Shown: positions 25,245 to 34,244 of the stretch, piece after piece
Numbering within the stretch: the first letter of the stretch is position 1
Layout of the letters: each line of letters starts with the position of its first letter
Source: a virus
Lineage: Duplodnaviria; Caudoviricetes
IMG/VR virus record: IMGVR_UViG_3300036860_000231
Span: 1-50,870 of that record
Direction: 5' to 3' (one strand)
Length of the DNA: 50,870 nt
Translations under genes and position numbers: made by a program
The notes under the pieces: generated by a model
What the model saw: the letters and a program-made list of their open reading frames with translations, nothing else
The model's database searches: none
Told to the model about the DNA's origin: nothing

Positions 25245-26056
25245 CAGCGGCCGCTGTACTGGCTGACGAACGGTGGGATCACCCCGGCCGCTGGGGCGGC
25301 CCCGGACGGGTTGAGCGCAAGGATCGTGCCCTGCCCGACCGCCGAGTCGGTGATCGTCACCACTTCGGAGGCCGCCGCAGCGGTGCCCTGCGGCAGGTAC
25401 TGAATGTCACCCCAGACGTTGGTGACCGCCGCGATCGAACACTGGTTGATCGCGCCAGTGTCGGTCCACCCGGACGCGACGCTGATCGTCTGGGTGACGC
25501 CGACGCCGACCTTCCCACCCCAGACCAGCACGAGCATCGCGAGGTTCTCGTCGGGGGTGAGCGTCCCCGACGTGTACGTCCCGGAAGATGCTTGGGCGGT
25601 CTGCTGGAAATCGTTGTCATTCGGGCCGAGCGGATGGGTGGTGTCGACCCCACGGAACGCGGCCGCATGGGTCGACCAGGACCGGGCGGTCGACAGGGTG
25701 AACCCTGGTGCGGTGTCCCCCGAGACGAAGAATCGGGTATAGGTCGCGGTCCGGATCGACGTGTCGCTCAGGTCCGAGATGAGCGTCATCGTCGCGCCGC
25801 TGGTCTGGCTGATCGTGGTCGGGGTGCCACCCGACCCGTAGGTCACCTCGAGGACGATCAGGTCCCCGTCGGTGAAGTCGCCGGTGGGCCATGCGGTCGT
25901 GACGGCGGTACCTTGTGCGGCCGCGGCGGTGGTCCCGTCGGTGCCGACCTTGGTGATCGGGGAGACCGCCCCGGCGGCAGACGCAGGCTTGATAATGCGG
26001 GTGCCGAGCCGCGCCCGGGGCAGCCTTGGTCGGCGGATCGGCCGGAGGACCGGCAT
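25241..26056 (-). CDS. Virion fibre/decoration-like protein
   Basis: Ser/Thr/Gly-rich beta domain (GDLIVL, AAAFRGVD). Confidence 0.7.
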   Translation of the reverse strand: MPVLRPIRRPRLPRARLGTRIIKPASAAGAVSPITKVGTDGTTAAAAQGTAVTTAWPTGDFTDGDLIVLEVTYGSGGTPTTISQTSGATMTLISDLSDTSIRTATYTRFFVSGDTAPGFTLSTARSWSTHAAAFRGVDTTHPLGPNDNDFQQTAQASSGTYTSGTLTPDENLAMLVLVWGGKVGVGVTQTISVASGWTDTGAINQCSIAAVTNVWGDIQYLPQGTAAAASEVVTITDSAVGQGTILALNPSGAAPAAGVIPPFVSQYSGRW

Positions 26057-26076
26057 CGCTCACCCCCGGCAGGCTG

Positions 26077-26520
26077 TCACTGGTCGACGCTCCAGTACAC
26101 GTCGGAGGCTTGGAAGGTCCCGTTGATGCTGATCAACCCGAGTCCGTTCGCCGTGCCGGACGGGACCAGCAGGCCACGGCCACCGAACGTCCAGATGATC
26201 CCCGACCCGATCGACGCGCCAATACTCACGCGGCGCACCTCGGCACCCAGCGGTGTACCCGCCGAGTGCGCTTGCACCGAAGCCCACTTGGCGGTCAGGT
26301 TCGTCGCGCCTTCCTCGTAGGTGATGGTGCCCGCCGCCGCGCCCTGGGTGCCGGCCGCGGTCAGCCGCGCGAGCGTCAACTCGAACGCGGTGGTCGTGGT
26401 GCTGGTGAGACCGACCTCGACAAGCCATATGTCGCCGGTGCCAAGCGAGTAGATCGATGTCGCGGGCAGCGTCGCCGACCCGGCGCCGGTGGTGCGGTAG
26501 GCCACTGCCGTACGCGCCAT
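26077..26520 (-). CDS. Virion beta protein
   Basis: Structural operon; GSGIIWTF motif. Confidence 0.7.
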   Translation of the reverse strand: MARTAVAYRTTGAGSATLPATSIYSLGTGDIWLVEVGLTSTTTTAFELTLARLTAAGTQGAAAGTITYEEGATNLTAKWASVQAHSAGTPLGAEVRRVSIGASIGSGIIWTFGGRGLLVPSGTANGLGLISINGTFQASDVYWSVDQ

Positions 26521-26523
26521 TGT

Positions 26524-27285
26524 CTAGCCTCCGATGATCGTGGACGGGCTGGGTGGTGGCGCGGCCGGGCCGACCCACTGGGGTCGCTCGGATGGACGTG
26601 GGGAACGCATCAGGATCTGCGGTGCTCCGGCGGTGGCGAGCTTGAACGCCACCGTCATCAGCGCCTTACTCGACGCGTTGGTGAGCGTCGCGGTCGACTG
26701 GCCGGTCGCGCCGGCGGTCGCCTTCGTCGCCGACACCAGGCCAATCCCGCCACCGTTCCCGGTGAGGATCCAGTTGTCCATCTGCTCGACAATGGACATG
26801 TAGGTGACGTTGGTGAGCGCGCTAAGGTTGGCGGTCGAGGCCACATCCGTGCCGGTGGAGATGATCTCCAGGATCAGCGTGTCGTCCACGGTGGTGGTGA
26901 CACCCGGCCAGGTCGCCGAGGTGTCGCTGGTTGCTTCGACCGCTGAGGCGGCGATATCCCACGGGTTGCCGGTGGTGGGGCAGCCGCGGATGGCGATCAT
27001 CCGGCCGACATTGTGATCCCCGGAGTCCCCGAGGCTGGGGGCGGTGAACACGCCGTCGTAGCGGCGCCAGATCACCCACAGGCGCGTGTTGGTGCCCTCC
27101 TGCACCGGACTGCCGGTGATGTGCGCCCACCCGGACGGGAGGGTGTACGCGCCGGGGGCGGTGACTCCTTCGCATTCGGCGATGATGACCAGGATGTCGT
27201 CGGCGACGATCGAGGCGGGGAACGCCGGGGTGATCGCCGAGGCGCTGGAGGCGACCGCGCCGACCGCAACAACGGTGGGAGGCAT
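26524..27285 (-). CDS. Virion fibre/decoration-like protein
   Basis: DDILVIIAE, PSGWAHI, AIRGC; TGATG coupling. Confidence 0.7.
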   Translation of the reverse strand: MPPTVVAVGAVASSASAITPAFPASIVADDILVIIAECEGVTAPGAYTLPSGWAHITGSPVQEGTNTRLWVIWRRYDGVFTAPSLGDSGDHNVGRMIAIRGCPTTGNPWDIAASAVEATSDTSATWPGVTTTVDDTLILEIISTGTDVASTANLSALTNVTYMSIVEQMDNWILTGNGGGIGLVSATKATAGATGQSTATLTNASSKALMTVAFKLATAGAPQILMRSPRPSERPQWVGPAAPPPSPSTIIGG

Positions 27286-29381
27286 CAGGTGGGCAAGACT
27301 GGTTCGGGGTCGGGGTACAAGGCCACGTACCCGGTGGTCGGCGCGTCGGGGGCGTCCACGATCACGATCTGCGTGGCGCCAGCGGCGACACCTGTGTCGG
27401 TCACGCTCGGGTATTCGGTGTGCAGCATCGAAGCCGCGTCGGGCGAGTTGGTGACCGTCACCGAGCGGGTCCCCAGCGTGTTGGGATTGGTCGCCACCGA
27501 TGCGAGGGCCCCGAACAGGGGTTGGGTGACGGCCTTGCGGACCGCGTATTCCAGGTACACCGCGTGGACACCCATGTCGGGGGCCGCGTCGGTGGAGAAC
27601 CCGACCCTGATCGTGGCGGCGTCCAGCTTGGCGACCGTCCACCCGTTGGTGGATGGCCAGGTCCCGCACTGCCAGCGCGGCTCGGTGGAGGACACCGCGG
27701 TTGGGCTGGCCGCATCGTAGGAGACGCCGGTGTCGACCAGGACCTGCTCGGTGGTCCCGTCAAAGCCGCGGATCCCCAGCGTGCCGGTACCCGCCCCGGT
27801 GCCACCCCAGGCGGGCGCCAACATCCGCACTCCGGTCACCACCTCGCCGGCGGCCACCGTCGGGGCGGCCATGGGGAACTCCATGTAGTCGCTTGCGGCG
27901 GTGGCGGTCTGGACCACCCCATCGGCGCTGGCGGAGATGGTCGGGGGGACCTCATCCAACGCGTTGCGCGCGTTGGTCGCATTCCATGCGGCCAGGGTGC
28001 CGTTGGCGGTGAACACGCTGAAGTTGGTGCTCGTGCCGGACACGGTGGGGGTGCCGGCGGGGTCGACGGTGAGCAGCCGGATCTCATGCGGGCCGAGCGG
28101 GTAGGCGGAGTAGTTTTGGGACAGGACCACGTCGTCATAATCGGCCGTCATCGTCTGCGACCCCGAGGCGCCAAGCTCCAGCATGACCATGGACGTCGCG
28201 GACTGCCCGCCAAGCTCCGCGGCGGTCTGATCGGTGTAGATGTCCGTGCCGGTTTCCAGCCGCCAGTCGGCATGCCACGTCGAGGTTGTCGTCTTGGCGC
28301 GCAGGTCAACCCACACCCACGTATTCGTGGCGGTGGTGCCCGACTGCCAGGAGACGGTGCCGGCGGTGCCGCAGCGGACCCCAAATTTGGCATTGGTCGC
28401 GTCATAGAGCAGCTCGGCGAGATGGGTGCCGGTGTTGGCGGTCAACGATGCGACCACGACCGTGCCGGTGGCGGAGACAACCCGGACGTTGAACCCGGCC
28501 GCTGCGGCCTTGGTGTTCATGTTCCCCGCCCGAACATACCCGGCGGCGGCGGACTGCACCACCCGCAGCCCATAGCCGGAAGTACGGGCAGAGCCAGCCT
28601 GGATGAGATAGCTGGTCCCCCAGGTGCCGCCAGTGGTGGCAAACGACGCGCCCAAAAGGCATGTGGAGCCGGTGTGCGAGTTGATACCGCCGTGGGTGCC
28701 CCACTCGAACCCGGCCAGCACGTGTAGCGGCGCGACAATGGCAGAGTCGGCAGCAGCGTAGGCGATCGTGATCGCATCAACGCTGGCCGGGCTACCAGAG
28801 GTGGTGAATACCGCCGTGGTGTTGAACTGGCCGGTCTGACCGGTGACGAACCGTCTGGCCACCGCGAGCGTCCTCGCCGTGTTCGGGTCGCTTATGTCGG
28901 CGACCTCGGCGAAGTTATCGGTCCAGTTGCTCCACGACTGCACATCGCCAGCTGTGACCGTCGCGCTGACCACGCCAAACACGACCGTATCCAGCGCAGC
29001 GGTCAGCGGGGTTGTCGGCAAGGTGGCCGTATTGCCGTTGGAGACCAAACCAGTGGAACCGGCCGAGGCGTCCACGGCGACGGCCGGTTCAATATTGGTC
29101 ATCTCGCAGGCATACCAGGAGAACAGCGTGCCGGTCGCAGTCGTGAACGTCCAAGACGACTCGCCGGCAGTGACCTCGGACTTGTGCGAGGCGATCACCG
29201 TGCCAACGGCGCGGTCGGTGACGAACCCGGCCGGGCCGACGGCCTCAAGCCCACCAGTGATGATGACCACCACGGTATTGCCGGCGGTCGTCCCTAACGG
29301 CAGGGTCACGTTGACGCTGGTGCTAGTCGTGGTCGTGAACCCGGTGTTCTCCTGGATCACGTTCGCGTCGCTCAGCGGCAT
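27285..29381 (-). CDS. Large virion fibre-like protein with LamG-like domain
   Basis: Thr/Gly-rich, GFEWG...NTWVWVD...YDDVVL. Confidence 0.7.
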   Translation of the reverse strand: MPLSDANVIQENTGFTTTTSTSVNVTLPLGTTAGNTVVVIITGGLEAVGPAGFVTDRAVGTVIASHKSEVTAGESSWTFTTATGTLFSWYACEMTNIEPAVAVDASAGSTGLVSNGNTATLPTTPLTAALDTVVFGVVSATVTAGDVQSWSNWTDNFAEVADISDPNTARTLAVARRFVTGQTGQFNTTAVFTTSGSPASVDAITIAYAAADSAIVAPLHVLAGFEWGTHGGINSHTGSTCLLGASFATTGGTWGTSYLIQAGSARTSGYGLRVVQSAAAGYVRAGNMNTKAAAAGFNVRVVSATGTVVVASLTANTGTHLAELLYDATNAKFGVRCGTAGTVSWQSGTTATNTWVWVDLRAKTTTSTWHADWRLETGTDIYTDQTAAELGGQSATSMVMLELGASGSQTMTADYDDVVLSQNYSAYPLGPHEIRLLTVDPAGTPTVSGTSTNFSVFTANGTLAAWNATNARNALDEVPPTISASADGVVQTATAASDYMEFPMAAPTVAAGEVVTGVRMLAPAWGGTGAGTGTLGIRGFDGTTEQVLVDTGVSYDAASPTAVSSTEPRWQCGTWPSTNGWTVAKLDAATIRVGFSTDAAPDMGVHAVYLEYAVRKAVTQPLFGALASVATNPNTLGTRSVTVTNSPDAASMLHTEYPSVTDTGVAAGATQIVIVDAPDAPTTGYVALYPDPEPVLPT

Positions 29382-29428
29382 GCCTGCTCCTTCGGGTCCA
29401 GAATCAGACGATCATGGTCGTGCAGCCG

Positions 29429-29917
29429 CTAGTCGGCGATCCCGTTGGTGGCAGCGAATTCTCCCCATGCTGCCACGGCGGCAACGTCATAGGCGCGGGC
29501 GGCCTCGTCCTCAGCCAAGAAGTTGCCTAGGTGGCGCATGCGGCCATCAATGGAGATCTGCGCCTTCCACCTCTGGTTGGCGCGGTCCCAGTAGACGCCC
29601 TTGTAAGAGGAAGTTCCGCCTCTCCTCCGCTGGTTGGCGTTGTTCTGGGACTGCGTTGCAGGCCGCAGGTTGGCGCGCCGGTTATCCAGTCCGTCCCCAT
29701 TCTGGTGGTCGATGCTCAGGGTGCCCATGATGAGGTTGTGCATCCTGGTCGTGGTCCGGCACCCGTCAGGCCGCGTGATGGTGGCAGCGACGTACGGGCC
29801 GTGGCGTCCCTGTTCCCAGACATGCCAGCGATGCTGCATCACGAGGTCGTAGTCCTCATCATCGACGAGGGCGAAGCGGCCAGCGGCCTTCTTGCCGTTT
29901 AGCGGTACGGTCTTCAC
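29429..29917 (-). CDS. HNH-AP2 homing endonuclease
   Basis: ALVDDEDY, DHQNGDGLDNRRANLR, SSYKGVYW...HLGNF..EDEAARAYD. Confidence 0.92.
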   Translation of the reverse strand: MKTVPLNGKKAAGRFALVDDEDYDLVMQHRWHVWEQGRHGPYVAATITRPDGCRTTTRMHNLIMGTLSIDHQNGDGLDNRRANLRPATQSQNNANQRRRGGTSSYKGVYWDRANQRWKAQISIDGRMRHLGNFLAEDEAARAYDVAAVAAWGEFAATNGIAD

Positions 29918-29997
29918 GTCTGGTCCTCTCGTCAGGATCAGGCCACGGCCCAGGGTGTTGACGCACCGCTGGGCCACTCTTGTCAGGAGCTATTTTA
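29915..29997 (-). promoter_or_regulatory. -10 box (TAAAAT) and two-hairpin leader of the HNH-AP2 gene
   Basis: GGCCCAG-C-GGTG...CACC-CTGGGCC then TCCT...AGGA-CCAGAC-GTG. Confidence 0.6.
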
Positions 29998-30011
29998 GCA
30001 GGTCAGAGCAC

Positions 30012-30425
30012 CTACAGGCTGACACTGATGCCGTTCGTCTCGTCCGTGACGACGATATCGCTGAAGGAAACCGTCATCGGAGGCGAGCAGGGCGGCTGGA
30101 ACGTGGCAGTCAAGCTCAGCTCGAAGATCGCAAAGCCTCGCTGGACAGGGAAGTCACCAGCCGCGTTCAGGCTCTCCTTGTTGGCGGCCTGCGGATGGTT
30201 GTCACCAGGGTTGATGCACGAGGCGGTCGCGCTCAGGACCACGTGGATCTGGGTCTCGTCGCCGAGGCCGGCTTCCTTCCCGCTGACGGTGAGGGTGTCG
30301 CCGGTGCGGGTGGCGGTGAGCTGGTCGTCGACGAAGTGGGGTGAGCCGGCCAGCGCGGTGCTGGCGACCCCGAGGGTGAGCGCGGCCGCAGCGGCCAGCG
30401 CGACGATGATATGTCGTGCCTTCAT
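30012..30425 (-). CDS. Secreted beta protein (moron)
   Basis: Signal peptide ending ALA; CINPG...PPC Cys pair; RBS AAGGAGG. Confidence 0.75.
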   Translation of the reverse strand: MKARHIIVALAAAAALTLGVASTALAGSPHFVDDQLTATRTGDTLTVSGKEAGLGDETQIHVVLSATASCINPGDNHPQAANKESLNAAGDFPVQRGFAIFELSLTATFQPPCSPPMTVSFSDIVVTDETNGISVSL

Positions 30426-30440
30426 GGTGTCCTCCTTGGG

Positions 30441-32390
30441 TTACTTGCTTGCAGGGACTTTCACCGGCCGGCAGACCAGCCAGTCGCACTGCCGCGGCTC
30501 GTCGGCGATCCCGTCGGGCTGCCACCGGGTCATCGCGCTGGCGGCAACCTCGAACTGGTAGCCAAGATCGGTCAGGGTCTGCTCGAGCTCAGCGCGCTCG
30601 TAGTAGCCATAGATGTCGTGGCATTCCACGAACAGGACCGGCCGCCAGCGGGCAAGCGTTTCGGCCATGCCCCGCAGCGCATGGAGGTCGGCGCCTTCCA
30701 CATCCAGCTTCACCAGGTCAAGCCGGCCAGCCTGCTCGAGTGCCTGCGCCACGTCGAAACTGTCATCCAGCGGCAAGGCTGGCACTGTCCCGTCATCACC
30801 GTTGACGCTGGGAACCGTCCGGGTCGACCCACCCTCGACCTGCCCAGTCGGATCGTCCAGCCGCAACCGGGTCTTGGAATCCCAGGCAGCCATCTGCACA
30901 ACGGTCACGTTGGTGATGTCATTCATCGCCAGATGCCGCCGCAGCGTCGCCGCGGTCGCGGGGTTCGCCTCAACCGCGACCACATGGGCGGCCTTCCGCG
31001 CGAGCCGGAGCGTCCAATGGCCAACGTGGGCGCCCACGTCCAGCAGTACTCCACCGTCGGGGAGGAGCCCTTCCAGGATGGGCCGGTTGGGCCCCTCATG
31101 GTCGGCGAACCCGATCCCATCCCCGGTGGTCGGGCCACGGTCCAGCCACAGCAGCCCATCCGCCTCAACCACGCGAGCGTTGAGCCGCTTACCATCCCGT
31201 GGACGCAGCGCCTCTGCGCGACGCGCGGCCAGCGCCTGCTCAAGCTGCTCAAGCGCCGGCACCCAGTACTGCTCGGTGACCGTGTCGGCGTCGTAGTCCT
31301 GCGCGAACGCCCATGCCCGGGCCCGGAAGCCCTCATCGCGAACATGCTCGTATGCCTGCTCGTATGCGTCGACGATCGCGCCGATCAGGGGGCGCCTGGC
31401 CCACGCCATCTGTGAGTCGTGCCAGAAACGCTCCCCGGGGACCTTCCAGCCGGCGCCGCAAAGCTCCGGCATCGCGGTCGTGTCCGTCACGATGACCGGG
31501 GTGCCGCACGCTTGCGCTTCCACGAGGGGGATGCCGAACCCCTCCCCCCATGAGGTGTTCGACAGCACGTCGGCGGCCCGGTAAATGTCGGCGACTGCGG
31601 TGGCGGGCATCCCGATCCGGTACTGGTACTGGTCGCTGAAGATGTAGCTGGACTTGGGGAGCTTCTCCAGCAGCGTGAGAACATTCACGCCATAAGAGGA
31701 CTGCACATCGGTATGCAGGGCCAGCACCGCATCGGAGTGGCGGCGACGGAACTCGCCAAACGCGGTGATCTGCTCAGCGAACGCCTTCCGGGAGGCATCT
31801 TTGCCGACGTTGGCGGCCACGACCGCAATCACGAACGCATCCTTGGGCAGACCCGCCCGCTCCCGGGCCTCCGCCTGGTCGGCGGGATGGAACACCTTCG
31901 GGTCGTAGCCGTGGGGAACGTACAGCGGCTGGAGGCCGGCTTCGGTGAGCCTGTCGCGGCCGAACTTCGACATGGCGATCGGGATCGCTCCGGACCGTTC
32001 AAACCATCCAGTGGTCATTGGGGGAACGGTCTCATGGTCGACCGGTGTCCACGCGGCCACGCTCATGTGCTCCAGCAGCGGCACCTGGAAGGTCCACACG
32101 TCCCCCAGCGTGATGACCATCCCGCGGGTGGACACCTCACTGAACGCGTCCCCGTCGCCCGCACCGAAATGGTAGACCGCGTGGGGGACGAGCACGTCGC
32201 AGCCGTAATGCTCCGCGTAGCTTGGCAGGCACAGCATCCCTTCCCAGTTCCGGCGGATGCCTTGCAGCCCGTAGTAGCAGGAGATGGCCACGTCATGGCC
32301 AAGGTCCCGGATCCGGCGGGTGAACAGGCCGGTTTGGGTGCCGTAGCCGGTGCCGATCCAGGGCGCGACCGAGTGCCACAGCACTTTCAC
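30441..32390 (-). CDS. GT4 glycosyltransferase fused to FkbM-family methyltransferase
   Basis: TGYG, EGFGIPLVEAQACGTP (GT-B); LDVGAHVG, AVEANP, VKLDVEGAD (FkbM). Confidence 0.9.
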   Translation of the reverse strand: MKVLWHSVAPWIGTGYGTQTGLFTRRIRDLGHDVAISCYYGLQGIRRNWEGMLCLPSYAEHYGCDVLVPHAVYHFGAGDGDAFSEVSTRGMVITLGDVWTFQVPLLEHMSVAAWTPVDHETVPPMTTGWFERSGAIPIAMSKFGRDRLTEAGLQPLYVPHGYDPKVFHPADQAEARERAGLPKDAFVIAVVAANVGKDASRKAFAEQITAFGEFRRRHSDAVLALHTDVQSSYGVNVLTLLEKLPKSSYIFSDQYQYRIGMPATAVADIYRAADVLSNTSWGEGFGIPLVEAQACGTPVIVTDTTAMPELCGAGWKVPGERFWHDSQMAWARRPLIGAIVDAYEQAYEHVRDEGFRARAWAFAQDYDADTVTEQYWVPALEQLEQALAARRAEALRPRDGKRLNARVVEADGLLWLDRGPTTGDGIGFADHEGPNRPILEGLLPDGGVLLDVGAHVGHWTLRLARKAAHVVAVEANPATAATLRRHLAMNDITNVTVVQMAAWDSKTRLRLDDPTGQVEGGSTRTVPSVNGDDGTVPALPLDDSFDVAQALEQAGRLDLVKLDVEGADLHALRGMAETLARWRPVLFVECHDIYGYYERAELEQTLTDLGYQFEVAASAMTRWQPDGIADEPRQCDWLVCRPVKVPASK

Positions 32391-32551
32391 TGGCCGGCAC
32401 CTCCACCGTGCACCGCACGCTGATGATCCTCCAGCCGATGCCCGGGGATCACCGCAAAGCAGGTCGGGCAGTAGATCGCCGTCACCATGCTGACCTCGGG
32501 TGGTTCATTGTCGCTATCCATCTCGAGTTGGAGCGGGATGACAAGCCGCAT
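32387..32551 (-). CDS. 54-aa C2H2 zinc-finger protein
   Basis: RBS GGAGGA; CPTC...HQRAVH; GTGA coupling to the GT gene; below ORF cutoff. Confidence 0.7.
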   Translation of the reverse strand: MRLVIPLQLEMDSDNEPPEVSMVTAIYCPTCFAVIPGHRLEDHQRAVHGGGAGQ

Positions 32552-32570
32552 AGTTGTTCCTCCGGATATA

Positions 32571-32606
32571 TGGGAGCGCCCGCTCCGGAGGGGACGGGCG
32601 CTCCCA
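32571..32606 (-). terminator. Hairpin after the capsid operon segment
   Basis: TGGGAGCGCCCG / CGGGCGCTCCCA 12-bp stem. Confidence 0.65.
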
Positions 32607-32616
32607 ACCTCGATGA

Positions 32617-32955
32617 TTAGTCTTCCGTTGCTGCGTCGAGCCGTTCCTGGAGCTGCGCCTTGGTGCCGTAGGTCGGTAGGCCCTGGGCTTCCGCCTGGGC
32701 GCGCAGATCCGCCAGGGTCGGCTCCGGCGGCTCCGGCAGTGCTGGCGGCTTCTCCTCTTCGAGGATGACTCCGCCACCGCCGGCGCAGTGTGCTCGGTAC
32801 CAGTCCACCGCCGCCTGATCACCGTCGTCGACCTCGACGACCTCATCGGCAGCCCAGGACTGGTAGCCGCTCGGGGTGTAACCCGAGTTCGGCCCGACCA
32901 GTTGCACTCGCATCGGTTGGGCTCCTGTCAGAGGAGGTACCAGTTGCACTCGCAT
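32617..32955 (-). CDS. SAP/HeH-domain protein downstream of capsid (second start at 32913)
   Basis: TLADLRAQAEAQGLPTYGTKAQLQERL. Confidence 0.8.
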   Translation of the reverse strand: MRVQLVPPLTGAQPMRVQLVGPNSGYTPSGYQSWAADEVVEVDDGDQAAVDWYRAHCAGGGGVILEEEKPPALPEPPEPTLADLRAQAEAQGLPTYGTKAQLQERLDAATED

Positions 32956-32982
32956 CGGTTGGGCTCCTGTCAGAGGAGGTAC
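32899..32982. repeat. Exact 42-bp tandem duplication of capsid stop + RBS + start
   Basis: 32899-32940 = 32941-32982. Confidence 0.95.
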
Positions 32983-34244
32983 TTGACGAACGCCTTGGGC
33001 CGGATCACGTCACCGCCAACCCGCAGCTTGAACAGGAACCCGACGACCCCGTCGGCGGCGAACAGCTCGTCGAGCCGCTGCATGGTGATTTGCTGCCGGT
33101 CGACGACCGCGTAGCCGGCGTTCAGGTTCGCGTAGATCACGCTGGCGTCGACCGCCGCGGCGCTGGTCGCCATCGCAGGAAGCGACTCCAGGATGTAGAA
33201 CGCCTTGCCCCAGAGGGTGTCGGGGTCGCCGACCCGCATGGAAGGGATCCACAGATAGTTGGAGGTGGTGTCCTTCAGCAGCGAGATCGCCTCGGCCGCG
33301 TCGGTGGAGGCGAAGTAGGCGCCCTGGGGACGGAGCCGCGCGGGCATGCGGTACTGCATCGACTTCAGGCCGTCCCCGGTCGGGGTGGCATTGGTGCCGG
33401 TGACCGCCTGGGTGATCAGTGGCGAGCCCTGGGTGGCCCGCATCGCGATGCCCCACGGTTGGCTGGTGCCGGTGCCGTTCCCGAACGCGTCGTCCTCCAG
33501 CTGAGCGAACAGCTCCCCAACGATAGTCTGGACCAGGGACACGAGGTTGAAGTCGGTGTCTTGGAGCTCGTCCACGCCGATCTTCGCCAGCCCGATCAGG
33601 TCGTGGACCGAGATCACATCGGCGGTGGTGGTGCCGGGGGTCGCGTCGCGGCCAGCGGCGGTGCCGGAGCCGGCACCGAGAACCTCCAGCTTGCCCCACG
33701 CGGCGGTGCCAGCGGTGAGTGAGCGGACATCGACCTTGTCGCTGGTGGTGGGGCGGACCAGCGGATTCGCCGACCGGAAGATCGCCAGGTGCGGCAGGTC
33801 CTTGAAGATCGGGGTGGCGATGTCGTGGGGGACCAGGATCTCACCGGTGGCGTCCTCGACGAGGGCTGCCTTCTCCTCCAGGGTGAGCGACGCCTTGCCG
33901 GCCCGCATCGCCTTGGCGAACCGCTGGACCGCCAGCCGGGAGCTGGCCTGACTCATCGGGTCAGCACCGCCGGCGGCGACCGCCTTCGACTCGGCGACCG
34001 CGGCGACCCCGGCCAGCACCCGACCGTCATCCTCGGGCTTGGACGCCCAGGTTTCCATGTCGTCCTGGGCCTTCTGCGCCTCCGCGAGCTCCCGCAGCCG
34101 CGCGGCCTCGCCGAGCAGCGACTTGCGGTGCCCGACCTCCTCCTTCGTCATCTTGGTGGGGTCTTCGTAGCGGTCATTGATCGCCCGCGCGAGATGGATG
34201 CACTGCAACGCCTTGTCCATCAGCTCCTGATGGCGCGTGGTCAT
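32970..34244 (-). CDS. Major capsid protein, HK97 family
   Basis: GEILVP, EDDAFGNGTGTSQPWGI, LKDTTSNYLW, RVGGDVIRPKAF. Confidence 0.95.
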   Translation of the reverse strand: MTTRHQELMDKALQCIHLARAINDRYEDPTKMTKEEVGHRKSLLGEAARLRELAEAQKAQDDMETWASKPEDDGRVLAGVAAVAESKAVAAGGADPMSQASSRLAVQRFAKAMRAGKASLTLEEKAALVEDATGEILVPHDIATPIFKDLPHLAIFRSANPLVRPTTSDKVDVRSLTAGTAAWGKLEVLGAGSGTAAGRDATPGTTTADVISVHDLIGLAKIGVDELQDTDFNLVSLVQTIVGELFAQLEDDAFGNGTGTSQPWGIAMRATQGSPLITQAVTGTNATPTGDGLKSMQYRMPARLRPQGAYFASTDAAEAISLLKDTTSNYLWIPSMRVGDPDTLWGKAFYILESLPAMATSAAAVDASVIYANLNAGYAVVDRQQITMQRLDELFAADGVVGFLFKLRVGGDVIRPKAFVKYLL

